Positions 49,517-61,037 of a stretch of 64,000 bases of DNA are shown here, piece by piece (within the stretch, counting starts at the first letter, position 1; every line of letters starts with the position of its first letter). The notes below the pieces were generated by a model. That model searched no databases and was not told the origin of the DNA. It was given only the letters and a program-made list of their open reading frames with translations. A program made the position numbers and the translations under genes. The DNA lies in assembly GCA_000004985.1 (NCBI GenBank), contig GG738869.1; one strand, written 5' to 3'. This stretch comes from Naegleria gruberi. Taxonomy: Eukaryota.

Positions 49517-52035
49517 ATGTCCTACTTACTATCAGTGCTTCTGCCAGATGTCATCCTTTCAATCGTGCTCATTCTTTTCTTTATTGTCGTTTCTAGACAA
49601 TTGACACTCTTTAATAATTACAAACAAAGAATATTGAGAGAGAAGGTTAAAACTTCAAGAGAATACAATCGGAAGAAAATTATGGCAGATACAGAAGAGG
49701 GAAATGGTCAGGAGGAACGTAATTCGAATACAGACGAAACTCAGACAAATCAAGAAGAAGTCGGGACGAATTGCTTGTGGATCCACAAATTGTTTCTACC
49801 ATGTCTTATTGGGAGAAATCAATGAGAGAGGGTGTTGCGTCATCATTTGTGTTTTTCATGGAATTAATTAGAAATTTATATGTTTCAATAATTAGTTTAG
49901 TTTCGTATGGATATAGAAGAAGGAATTTATACAAAATTTATAGAAAGTTCGGAAGAGAAAAGGCTATTTACTTGAGTTTCCAGCTTCATTTATTGTGGAT
50001 TAGTCTATTATGCTCAATTATTGTCTGTGCTGTCTTGTTACCTTTACATTTGACAGGTAGAGAAATTGACAACTCGGAATATGCATATAATATCGTTGCT
50101 CTTACCTCTGCTCTCAGAGCAGCAACTTCACCAGTCAAGATGTTTGCTCACGTAGCCATTCTAATTGTGTTTATAATTATTACATTAGTTTTCATGGTTT
50201 CTTTCAATAGAAATAGGTTTAGTTCTTCACTTCTTTTGGTAGGTGAAGATTCTAATAGCACAGAACAGGATTCTACCCTTTCCAATGACGAAACTGTTAT
50301 CATTTCTCCATTTACAATAGTTTTAGATGGAATTCCAAAAGAATCATCTCAGAAAAGTGTCGAACAATTCATTGAAGAAAATTTTAATGGTGGATTGAGT
50401 GCGAATGATGAAAATAGTAAGATTGTAAAGATATTTCATGTGCCAAATCTTGTGGATCGGTTAAATCTCAAAGAATTGGAAGAACATTTGGAAAGAGAAT
50501 TGGAACATTTCATGCATTTAAAAGGAAAATCAAATTATGATGTTGCCAAACGTCACATAGTTCATGAAATGAGACCATTGTACTCGGATGATTTGAGATT
50601 CAAATTGTGTGGATGTACTACATATAGTACCAATTTGAAAACTATGACTACTGATGAGGCAGTAGAATATTTAAGATTGGAATATTCAGATTGTAAAAGA
50701 ATGGTGGAACAATGGGATGGAGAATATACTTCAATGTTTCTTACAGATGAAAGACAATCACAAGATGAGGAATATTTATCTCAAATCAAACAAGTGAAAT
50801 CATCTGGAAAGTGCTTTATAGTTTTTAAAAAGGTTGAACATGTTGATGAAGCAATTGAAAAGAATCGAATAATGTTCAATGATTCTTCAGTTTCCTTGAT
50901 GAAACTATTAATTGAACCGCAAGATATCAATTGGCACTTTATTGGCGGTACCTCCAAATACTTTTCCTTGAGAAACTTTTGCATGATTAGTTTAATATTC
51001 TTTGTATTGTTGGTATTTTCTGGACCACCATCCATTTTACAATCACTTCAAGCATTGGGATCTCCTATTCTTAAAGCTGTCAAACTTGGTGACTTGTCTG
51101 ATTTACTATTTCACTACTGTCCTTCTCTGTTGATTTTCATTTTCAGCAAATTGTTTCCAATATTTTTCAAAAAGATTACTCAAACAGAGAAGCACCTTTC
51201 CAAATCATTTTACAGTAGGATATTATTAGTGAGATTGTTTACATTTTCCATTTTGAATATTCTCATTTTACCAGGATTGTGGATTATCTCAGCTTTCCTC
51301 TTTTTAGTTTTCGCAAATGATGGCAAACATTTGGATATCATGTTCTTGCCAAAAACAATTGAAACAATGATTTCTACATTGCTACAATTCATGGTTATGG
51401 AGAATGTTTACGAATTGGTCAGATTTGGCAAAACACTTTATTATATTTGGAAGACAACATTTAATTGTTACAGAAAAGCAAGAACTCCCACTCAAATTTT
51501 AAAACTAATTAAGGAAACTAAGGAATTCGATATGGAAGAGAATGTTTCAAACATGTTGGGTATATTATGTATGTCGATGGTCTATTCATTCTGTTGTCCA
51601 CTTGTAATGCCATTGGCATTCCTTTGCATCTTTATCAAGCACTGGTTTGATAGATGTGTTATTGAAGAGGAATTCACTCATCACTCCAATATCAATGAGA
51701 AGGATGACAAACTCGATTTTACCAGTAGTTTGAGATTATCCAAGCTATTGATCGTTCTTGTTCTTACAACATTGAGCATTGTTGGAATGATTGTAATTTT
51801 AGGATTTTCTTACTTGTTTTTTACTAGTCTAATGTATATTATACATTTGGGAGTTTGTGGAGCTTGCTTAGCTATTCTTCTATTAATTACCTTGGCGTTG
51901 ATTTTCAAACAAAACTCAAGTGTCAGATCAAATAAGAAAGATATTGCAGAACAGCAAGAACGAATGCTTGATCCAAATTCATTCTCACAACAAGTTCAAG
52001 ATATTCTCAATGTGGAAAATATTCTCAAGTTTTGA
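49517..52035 (+). CDS. OSCA/TMEM63/CSC1-type stress-gated cation channel; the two halves lie in different frames and the junction is unresolved
   Basis: ORF 49517..49825 encodes TM0 (MSYLLSVLLPDVILSIVLILFFIVVS) plus a hydrophilic linker. ORF 49771..52035 (frame open from 49723) encodes the rest. That part comprises an RSN1_TM-like region, a cytosolic RRM-like domain (FTIVLDGIPKE...CFIVFKKVEHVDEAI) and a 7TM region. They join via a short intron or a 1-nt frameshift. Candidate introns are 49760..49815 or 49646..49815, with a TTCTACC branch-like site 18 nt before the AG. Confidence 0.6.
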
Positions 52036-52082
52036 TTTTTGTTTGACAATCAACACTCAATTCTGTAACTCTTAAGGCAATC

Positions 52083-53189
52083 TCAATAAAAAATGGAAAT
52101 ATCAGAAAATGTTAAATTATTCAATTGACCTTTCAGATGTGTAAAGAATATTATTTCTTCTGAAGATTTAGTTTCAAAAAATGTTCTTTGATAAATAAAT
52201 CCATGAAAACGTCCAAAAACAATTGTTTCCTTTTCATTCTCAATTGCTATTTGAAGGGGTTCCTCTTTAAGCAGATGAAAATGTGTGGCAGATCTTACGG
52301 CAGTTGACATACTGGAGCAGCAGACATCACTGAATGATCCCTCAATTTTAATAGGTTGAAATTCTTTGACTATTCTTGGCGAAACTAATCCAGTACATTG
52401 CTTTGAATTGTTTAGTCCTGCACAATAAATTTTACCATCCTCTAATAGTAAAGCTAGATGAGAAAATCCACCAACCATCTTTTTAATTCCACAATTGATT
52501 GATAATTTCAATTCATTCAACTCTCCACTAACATTGCCAAATCCAATTCCATTCTTTCTAATAAATAGACGATTGTTTTCCAATAAGATGAATTGTGCAT
52601 TATTGGTGGAACAACATGCAAATTGTTTCACTCTATATTCCGGAAATGGAAAATGAATATTTTCAACCATTTCCTCTTTTTCATAAATAGTTCCATCAAT
52701 TGTCTGAACTAACCAACAAGTTGACATGATTCCACTTCCAACACAATTAAGTAATGAAGTGTGTGAGATGAAGAATTTGTGCATTTTCAATGTTTGAGTA
52801 TCAAATTCAAACAAAGATCCATCCATCATTTCGAATAAAATAAATCTTGAATTATTCGAAACAACTCTCTTCATAGATTGCCCTCTTTTTGAATTGCTCA
52901 ACTCAGACAGCAATGAACTAAACTTTTTTTTCTCTCCTTGAAATACGAAATATTCACTCTCACTCCCTTCGAACAGAAACATTGAATAGGAACCATCACT
53001 ATTCCCACCACAACAAATATACGAAACATGTATTGTTGCATTTTCTTGAATCTCGGAGGGTGAAAAATTATTTTCTTCAGCTTTAGGAAAATTTGAAGGT
53101 TTAATTTCCATCTTGTGCCAACGAGCAGGAAAATCCAAACCTAAATTCTTAAATTTGGTGTGAAAGATTTCACCATAAACTTTGAGCAT
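52083..53189 (-). CDS. RCC1-like beta-propeller repeat protein
   Basis: The track start at 53252 is GTG; the first ATG at 53189 has acaaaaaaaATG context. Repeats such as GFSHLALLLEDGKIYCAGLNNSKQCTG resemble RCC1 blades. Confidence 0.5.
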   Translation of the reverse strand: MLKVYGEIFHTKFKNLGLDFPARWHKMEIKPSNFPKAEENNFSPSEIQENATIHVSYICCGGNSDGSYSMFLFEGSESEYFVFQGEKKKFSSLLSELSNSKRGQSMKRVVSNNSRFILFEMMDGSLFEFDTQTLKMHKFFISHTSLLNCVGSGIMSTCWLVQTIDGTIYEKEEMVENIHFPFPEYRVKQFACCSTNNAQFILLENNRLFIRKNGIGFGNVSGELNELKLSINCGIKKMVGGFSHLALLLEDGKIYCAGLNNSKQCTGLVSPRIVKEFQPIKIEGSFSDVCCSSMSTAVRSATHFHLLKEEPLQIAIENEKETIVFGRFHGFIYQRTFFETKSSEEIIFFTHLKGQLNNLTFSDISIFY

Positions 53190-53495
53190 TTTTTTTGTAA
53201 ACTTTTTCTGAGAGAAACGATAGACTTTGAGAATGTGGAAAATTTTCTCCACTTTTATTGGATACTATTGCAAACTCTCAAATTACAGTAACTCCTCCAA
53301 ATGAATAATTTACTTTCCAATAATTATAGATTATTAGAATTGATAACAAGATGGAATTATAGAACTATAGCAGGTGAAACAAATTTCAAATCAACACATC
53401 CTTTGCCTCCCAACTACTGATTTTCAATATTGTAAATAAACTTTTAGAAACTTTTCTCAAATTAAATAATTTTAGTTTTTAGTAAACAAAAAAAA

Positions 53496-54431
53496 ATGTC
53501 TCGAGTTGTTGTGGAACTTGTTGATTTAAATGTCGTTGAAAATTCATCATCAGATCATATTATTTATTTAATTAATTTATTGAAGAGATCATTTACAAAA
53601 AAACAACATCAATTTTCGTTGAATTTTAACATGATTGGTCAATTTGATCAACTTTCTCCACAAGATCCTGTCTTTGATATTGCCATTTCCAAAAAGTATG
53701 ACACTATACTCATTCCACAGAAGGTTGGTATATCAATTTATAATAGACCAAGTAGTAGGGAAACTTTCCATCTCGAGCAATTATTCAAAGTAGAGAAACC
53801 CAATACTGAGCTTCGTTGTATGAAATTGGTTGATGAGCAAGGAGAGGAATTTATCTATGCAACAGATTACTCAAACGCTGTTGTTAAATTTAGTGTTTCG
53901 GATATTATGATACGAAAAGTTTTTTCAATTATTTGGCAATCTGAACCATTTTCTAATTTGTGGGGATTGGATGTTTTGAATGGAAAAGTTTATGCAGTTG
54001 ACAATATGACATCAGTTAAAATTTTGGATTGCAAAAGTGGTGCAACTATTTCAGAAAATGCTCCAAACGTAGCAGAAGGATACGGTATTCATTTCTTGTC
54101 AGAGAAACAAGCAGTTATAAGCAACTCAAAGAAAGTGGAAATATTCGAAAGGGACAAATTTGGTAATTGGAATTCCATCAAACAAACTCAATTTCCAATG
54201 GAAGCTGCCTATGCAATTTTCTGTGAAGAATCATCCGGATTAATCTATGTTTGTGAGGATTCTCAATTACATGGATTGAATATTCATGTGGTAAGACAGA
54301 ATGATTTGACATTGGTGAAATCATTTCCAATTCCTTCCTTGCATTTTGGTGTTATGGTGGACGATAAAAGTGGATTGCTATATGTGTGCCATTATGAAAG
54401 TTCGAAAATGAAGGTTAATGTTTATGAATAA
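53496..54431 (+). CDS. Hypothetical beta-propeller-like protein
   Basis: 311-aa ORF with aaaaaaaaATG context. Repeating strand patterns (FIYATDYSNAVVKF, KVYAVDNMTSVKILD, LIYVCEDSQLHGLN, LLYVCHYESSKMKV). Confidence 0.5.
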   Translation: MSRVVVELVDLNVVENSSSDHIIYLINLLKRSFTKKQHQFSLNFNMIGQFDQLSPQDPVFDIAISKKYDTILIPQKVGISIYNRPSSRETFHLEQLFKVEKPNTELRCMKLVDEQGEEFIYATDYSNAVVKFSVSDIMIRKVFSIIWQSEPFSNLWGLDVLNGKVYAVDNMTSVKILDCKSGATISENAPNVAEGYGIHFLSEKQAVISNSKKVEIFERDKFGNWNSIKQTQFPMEAAYAIFCEESSGLIYVCEDSQLHGLNIHVVRQNDLTLVKSFPIPSLHFGVMVDDKSGLLYVCHYESSKMKVNVYE

Positions 54432-55046
54432 TTATTGAAATAAGTGGATTTTAATTGACATTCAAATATTTGAAATATGAATAATCACGTTTTAGATAAA
54501 AAAACAGTCAAGAGCTAGTTCTTCACTTTCTGATAAGCAAAAATCGTGACTAGTTACATTTCCGTAATGGTAGGTCCATATTTCACTGGAATACTTGTGA
54601 ATTTTATTCTTAACTTTACGAATACCGGTCAAATTGCTGAGTGGAACAGAAAATCCTTGATTGGTCTTAATGATCTAAGGAATAACGCATTGTCCAACTT
54701 TGCACTTCCTTTATCCCTCACCAGTTGAGACTCTGTATGCATTTGATATATCTAAATTCAATCATGAATGAAGAGAGGAAGAAATATCAATGATGGTTAA
54801 ATCAAGGTTGCCATCAGCACTAGGAAATTTACCAACTTGTGAAATTTCACATTTCTCTTAATGTAGGGATCTCGGCACTCCTCTAACTTTGCGCTTTTTT
54901 AAATTGTTGTCGCGATATTTCCATATAAGAAAAGAATGATAATTTCAGCCTTATTACAATTTGAATCTAGTACACGTTGCAGTACAACACTTCATTAAAT
55001 TAGAATCAATACCATTCACATTTAATTTAATAATTAAAATAAATAA

Positions 55047-56533
55047 TTATTGAGATTGTTTTACAGCTCTTACAGTTTGAGCTAATCTTTTCATCTCACT
55101 TAATTGATTAGAACATGATTTGATAATACTATTCTGTCTATCAAAAATTCCTCTCAAAGTCATATCACGAGCTGGTGGCAATGGTTGTGAATATTCGGTA
55201 ACAATTGTTGGTTGAGGCTCAAATGTATTGAAATGTTGAGAAAAGTAGGATGGTTCAGTGGTGATGGTTGGTTTATCATCCAATTCAATATCATTTGATT
55301 GTGGAATTGATTGTGACTCAAATGAAATTAAATCAACATTTGATTGGGCTTCACTTGGAGCTTGTGAAATGGCATCATCATTATCAATGACATCAAATTC
55401 TTCATCTTCAAAATTTACATCACCTTCCAATTTTCTCTTACTCAACATTAATTCATATTCACCCAAAAGTTTACTGTAAATTCCACCAATAACCATGGAA
55501 GGCAAAGCAACAATCACAATACCAGACAAGATGGTCATGATAGCAATAATTCTTCCCAAAACTAAGAGTTTGGTTCTTAATAAATGTTAAATTAATGAAT
55601 TAACATACCTGTAACTGGAGCCATGTCACCATAACCAACTGTAGCAATGGTAACAACGCTGTACCACATACAAATTAAAATATTTGAAAATGGTGAAGGT
55701 GTACCATCTGGTCTTAACCATTGTCCAGATTTGAGATCATATTTTCCACGTTCAGCATAATAAACAAGAGTACTACAAATAAGAGCACCCATAAATATTA
55801 AAACAGAGATTGATAAGAGCATATCCATAGATCTTCTCAATGAAACAATAAGCAATTGAAATTTAGCAGAATATCTTGTCAATTTGATAAGTTTTAAAAG
55901 TTTTAAAACTCTGAAAATTGTCAAAACTTGAAGATTGACATTTAACCAAGTACTGGCATCTGCCATATAAATTATTAAATCAAAGTAAAATGGAACGAAA
56001 CTAGCAATATCAATTAAATTGGCAGGAGCTTTAACAAAATGTCTAAAATCACCCCAAGTATTTACATAAGCAGCCATTCTTGCAAAATATTCAAGCATGA
56101 AACAAACTGATAAAAATCCAGTAATAAGCAGCCACATGATTTCGAATGGGAAAAAGAATGGAAAAGATCTCAAAATTAAACATAGGGTTTGAATAACAGT
56201 CATGAGTGACGTTATCACTGTAATGATCATGGCTACATATGATGATCTAGGATGTTCCAATAATAAATATAATTTTTGTTTCCATGTTCTTTCCTTATTA
56301 CTTTGTGGAATACTCTTGATAATATTAATAGTTCTTCTACTTCGGAATAGTCTTGAATTTTCAATTACTTCCAATGTTTTCTTTTTTTCCTTTTCCTCTA
56401 ACTTGAGTTTTGCTTTGATTTCTTTTAAAGTGGTTGGTGGTTGTTGTTCGATAGCTTCCTTTTCATGCTGTGATGATGAGGAAGGCGATGCGGGTGTTGC
56501 TGTTGTTGTAGGTGTTGGCGTTGTTGTACTCAT
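55047..56533 (-). CDS. Voltage-gated K+ channel-like protein (6TM, TVGYGD filter), 2 exons, 479 aa
   Basis: Exons 55609..56533 and 55047..55561. A 47-nt intron at 55562..55608 (GTATGT..CTTAG). The junction restores TVGYGDMAPVT|VLGRIIAIMTILSGI. S4-like segment FRVLKLLKLIKLTRYSAKF. Confidence 0.85.
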
Positions 56534-56783
56534 TTTTTTAATATTTTAATCATTTGTAAAAATTATTAGATAATAAATATTAATTTGTTTTCATAAACAT
56601 TTCTGTTACTGCTTCCAAATCGAGATTATCCATGGAAATAGATGGAAGAAAGTCTTTGAGTGACCAATTCTTGCAGATCCAATAAACATGTCCTTCTTCA
56701 AACGATGGTGAAATCTTTAGGTTAAAAAAGATGACAATAATTTATGAATTAATTTTTTTTTATATTTTAAAAAGGAGAATAGC

Positions 56784-57487
56784 TTATTTCTTGGACTTCT
56801 TTTGTTGGATTCTCTTCAAGTAGAAAGCCAATTCAGCACCTTCCAAGACAATACCGTCAGCACGACCAACTTGACCTGGTCTAGATCTAATTCTAGCCAA
56901 CAATCTACCAGTGGACAATTGTTCCTTGAGGAGAGGATCAACTTCTGGAGCCTTCTTTCTATTTTCCAAAACCTTAGCCTTGGTCTTTTCGTCCATCTTT
57001 TCCAAGAGGTCTTCCTTCTTCTTACCCAAGGAGATACCGTAGGTCTTTTCGTAGAATTGCTTGAATGGAGAAGCATCAACCAAAACAACAGCACCCTTGA
57101 CGATAGCCTTAGTTCTGACCAATTCGTTGTTAGTGGCGTTGTAAACAACGTCCATGATTCTGGTTGGAGTAGACATAGCTTCAGAACCCCAAGCGAAGTT
57201 ACCGCTGTTCAATCTGAGGGCTCTAACCTTGTAGTTACCACCTCTAACTCTGACCATGGAGATCTTAGTCTTACCCATCTTGGTGTTAGCAGCAGCTCTA
57301 CCCAATTCGAACTTTCTCTTCTTTCTGTGGATCTTTCTCTTACCACCGGTAACACGCTTCTTATGGAGATCGCTCTTGGTAATACCTGGTTATTGATAAA
57401 TAGTAATGCGATGTTAAAATTGTTTATATGTTGTTGCCAGCAACAGTTGTTATTAATATTAGTAGCGAACCTCATCTACGTACCCAT
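56784..57487 (-). CDS. RPS8: 40S ribosomal protein S8 (eS8), 201 aa
   Basis: Exon 1 is only ATGG (57484..57487). A 98-nt intron at 57386..57483 (GTACGT..ACCAG). Exon 2 is 56784..57385. The spliced N-terminus MGITKSDLHKKRVTGGKRKIHRKKRKFELGRAAANTK is canonical eS8. Strong codon bias. Confidence 0.9.
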
Positions 57488-57764
57488 TTTGACTTTGATG
57501 TATTTTTTTTCAACAAATTTTTGGTTAACTAGCAAAGAAGTTTTTTACAACCAAAACCTTCAATAAAAATTTCTCAGCTGTTCGAAAAAAGACAAGTCTG
57601 CTTCAACAAAACACTTCCCAACACCATCAGTGCATGTCTTTGAGCAAACTATCAACAGATCACATGCATCAATATTGTACTACTGGATTGACATAGTATT
57701 CACCTTCGTCTATGCAATGAAAGTATCTTCTCTTTAAAAAAGTCTTTAAATTACAACAAAAAAT

Positions 57765-58458
57765 ATGAGCAGCACCATCTTCTCCGAATCATCACCATAT
57801 TTTAAATCACTCTTCCATTCATTTAAATTCCCATTTGCACCAATTAATGGTGTTTTTATCGGAAAGAGAAAGGATGATAAAACTGTGGAAATTACCGATT
57901 GTGTTCCTCTCTGTCACTCTACTTCATCAATATGTACCACTCCTTTGGTGGAAATGGCTCTTATTCAAATTGATAGAATTATTGGAGATGATTTAACAAT
58001 TGTTGGATATTATTTTGGTACTGATTATGCTGAATTGTCATCAGATTTTACCGTACCATCAATTCATACTTCAATCTTTACTAAAATTTCTGAAAATTTC
58101 CCTGGAGCTTTACTTTGGATGGTATGTGTGTTTTATAATTTTCAAAATTCAAATTATTGGATTTAATATTATTATGTCTTTTGGATTTGACAATTTACAT
58201 CAATGACATTATAATGATGACAAATAGCTTGAAGATAAGAAACTCAATCAACTTTCTAAATCTATGGTATTCAAGACTTATCAATTAAAATCAAGCAAAT
58301 TAGTACCATGTGATTGTGATATTAAGGGTTTACAAGAATCAGATTTCCAAACACTTGCTGATCACTTAGAAAAGTCAACCTTTGATTCTCTTGTCGATTT
58401 TGAAATACACACAGACAATCCTTCACTTGACTATTTCAATAAATCCTTAAAATTGTAA
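57765..58458 (+). CDS. EMC8: ER membrane protein complex subunit 8/9 (UPF0172 family), 2 exons, 195 aa
   Basis: Exons 57765..58121 and 58228..58458. A 106-nt intron at 58122..58227 (GTATGT..AATAG). FPFAPINGVFIGK, DCVPLCHS, PLVEMALIQID and the C-terminal SLVDFEIHTDNP match the EMC8/9 pattern (LVDFDNHLDD in the animal protein as I recall). Confidence 0.75.
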
Positions 58459-58587
58459 ATTTATATTAAAATAATACCAATTTAATACTTTTTATTGACA
58501 AAGACCAAATAATGTGGTGAGAGAAAATGTGATGTGATAAAATTCGCAAAGTTGTGTTGATAAATATTACTAAATCAATTAAAGAAA

Positions 58588-58992
58588 TTAATGTTTTCTA
58601 ATATATCTAACTCCGCAATATTTGCAACGTTCAGGGGTAGTGTGGTTAATTCTAATGTATTCTGTTGGGTGACCCATTCCGTTTGAGTGGAATCCATTAC
58701 AAACAGCTGTTTCACCATCAATTTCGATTGGTGGAAGAGAGTCCAAATCCAAACCTTCAATAGATTCAGCAAAGTGTTCATCAATCATTTTCCAATGTTG
58801 TTCAGAAGCAGCATCTAATTTATAAGATTCTTCTTCAGCAGTATTGTGAATATATGCAGAGTTACCATGACCACCACTTCTGCTCACGGAAGATGAAGAA
58901 AATGAGCGAATCAATGGTACAGAAGGAAATAAGTTATTGTTGTTTTTGACGATGGAAGATACAATACGGGAGGTTCTTTGAAGAGAAAACAT
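58588..58992 (-). CDS. zf-CHCC domain protein, NDUFS6-like (complex I 13-kDa subunit family), with a presequence-like N-terminus
   Basis: The track start at 59046 is TTG; the ATG at 58992 has aaaaaaATG context. The C-terminus reads PPIEIDGETAVCNGFHSNGMGHPTEYIRINHTTPERCKYCGVRYI. This has the C...H...C..C zinc-knuckle pattern of NDUFS6-type proteins. N-terminus: MFSLQRTSRIVSS. Confidence 0.6.
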   Translation of the reverse strand: MFSLQRTSRIVSSIVKNNNNLFPSVPLIRSFSSSSVSRSGGHGNSAYIHNTAEEESYKLDAASEQHWKMIDEHFAESIEGLDLDSLPPIEIDGETAVCNGFHSNGMGHPTEYIRINHTTPERCKYCGVRYIRKH

Positions 58993-59446
58993 TTTTTTGT
59001 TTTTTAATATTTTTAAAAAATTTAAAATGATGGTTTTCTTGGCCAAAGCTTGCTTTCGATAAATATTGAAAACTCAGCAAAGATTGAATGATGACAATAA
59101 GCAAAGATATTATTCAAACTTAACGAATAGAATGAAGTTTTATTTAAGAAGTAGTATTATTTTTGAAATGGCGAAAATCCAATCCGCTTCGGATGAGTTC
59201 TATGTCATTTCGTGCCATTTCGTTCCATTAATATGATGAAATCTTAATACACAAAAACTGTAAAGAGAATAGTGGATAACTATCCAATAAACAAATCGCT
59301 ACTTTTTAAAACCCAATCACTATAATTGTAAATGACAAGGATCCCTCCAACGTTCTATTAGCTTGGAATAAATTTTGCATACGTCCTCTTCTTTCTATCA
59401 ATTTGCTTTGTAGAAACAAAATTCTAAATTTATAACAGTCAAAAAA

Positions 59447-60152
59447 ATGCAATCATCTCTCCGTGCCTTTAAGTCCCTCTCGAGAAGCAGAAGCTCCTCC
59501 ACCCTCTCATCATCCAGTAAGTTTAAAGTTTTATGGAGCGGATTTTAATCCTTGTATATTGTTTTGTTTTGTATAATTTTCTCTCCACTCTAAAATTTAA
59601 TCATGAATTTTCTCTTTAGTAAAACACAATAGAAATGCCAGTATTTTGGACCAGTCCATTAACCAAGTACGAAATAGACAAAAACTTCTCATCATTGAAC
59701 ATCCGAACCAAGAAAGAGTATTTTTCATTCCTACTTGCAGTAACGGAAATACAATTTCAATGAATTTGCTCATGTCTGATATCCAAGAGTCATTGCTGGA
59801 TCATGATCTTTTCAGACATCCTCATACCACTAGTGGTGGATTTTCAGAAAAGGTTCACCTCATGTATCCAAAAGAACATCACAAACGTGTTGTTAATATC
59901 CTTTCTCAAAGATCATTCAAAGATGAATCTAAGGACCCACTTGACGCCTTGTATCATCAAGCAGACTCCAATGTTAACCCAGTAACAAAAAACAAACAAC
60001 TCATCAAGATGGAATACATAATACCACGTAAAGAAGTGTCTCCAAAGAAATCAACTCAATCAAAATCATCCTCCCTCAAGTCAAGCTCTCCATCTAAAGT
60101 TTCATTGAATAGACAAACTACAAGTGAACCTTCAGGTGAAGAAAATCAATAA
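59447..60152 (+). CDS. Hypothetical protein, 2 exons, 200 aa
   Basis: Exons 59447..59516 (MQSSLRAFKSLSRSRSSSTLSSS) and 59620..60152. A 103-nt intron at 59517..59619 (GTAAGT..TTTAG) keeps the frame. Ser/Lys-rich C-terminus. Confidence 0.55.
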
Positions 60153-60345
60153 TTTCTAACTTTTGACACATTGTGTCTGTATCTTGTAAATTTTCAATTA
60201 TGTGTGGGTTTGTACAGTTTGCTCACATGAACAATCCGCGGTATCTTGTACAAAAATTGAACGTTAAGTTAAATAAAGTTTTTATTCTCTTCCAATATTA
60301 CAAATGTTACAACCCTAAATAATATTATTCAAAGGGCAATTCTAT

Positions 60346-60915
60346 TTACTTTTTGAAAACAACCTTTCCATCGACAATCTTCCATTCCATTTCCTTCAAA
60401 TAGTCTACTTCAGTAACTTGATCGAAACTCAACTTCTTTCTAAGAGGAGTATCCAACCAGAATGGCGACAAGGTTTCTCTAACAGAATTCCATTGAGAGA
60501 AAACTGCCTTCATATCAACTGGAGTAGCACTAGTATCAGCCAACAATGGTGAAGCAGATGTATCTTTAGCGTGATTGAACTATAAAAATCCAAACAATAA
60601 TAATAACAACAATAAATTCAACAATGTTCCAATTCATCCATAATAAATAAACAAGAATAAATTATATCAATATCATATTATCACAAAGTTCCGCAAACAA
60701 GTTTTAATTATCATCACACCATCATAAATCCATCATCAAAAAATTTTAATCATCACACAATTTCCAAATATTTAAATATTTTACTACTTATCCAATATAC
60801 GTACCAAGTAAGCAATACCAAAAACTGGAACGAAAATCAACACTAACTTGTTTACCTTGGCAAGGATTTGATTGGCAGTAAAAGGACCGAGAGAGGCAGA
60901 AGGGCGGATTGGCAT
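60346..60915 (-). CDS. Small single-pass membrane protein, 2 exons, 114 aa
   Basis: Exons 60805..60915 (MPIRPSASLGPFTANQILAKVNKLVLIFVPVFGIAYL) and 60346..60579. A 225-nt intron at 60580..60804 (GTACGT..TATAG), whose last ~190 nt are AG-free. Confidence 0.55.
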
Positions 60916-61037
60916 TTTTTTTAAACTTGAAGTTTTATTTTTTTAAATGCATTCGGCTTATTCAAAATCTGAGAGAATTGAGGCGAATCGATTGTTATTG
61001 GAATTGAAACAGTTTGATTGGGAAATTGTTTGGAAAT

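Noticed and set aside
56802-57566. 254-aa ORF on the plus strand, the longest unannotated ORF in this area
   Set aside because: It is exactly antisense to the eS8 ribosomal protein gene. Its Ser/Leu/Thr-rich, low-complexity translation is the mirror of a strongly codon-biased gene. There is no independent start context.
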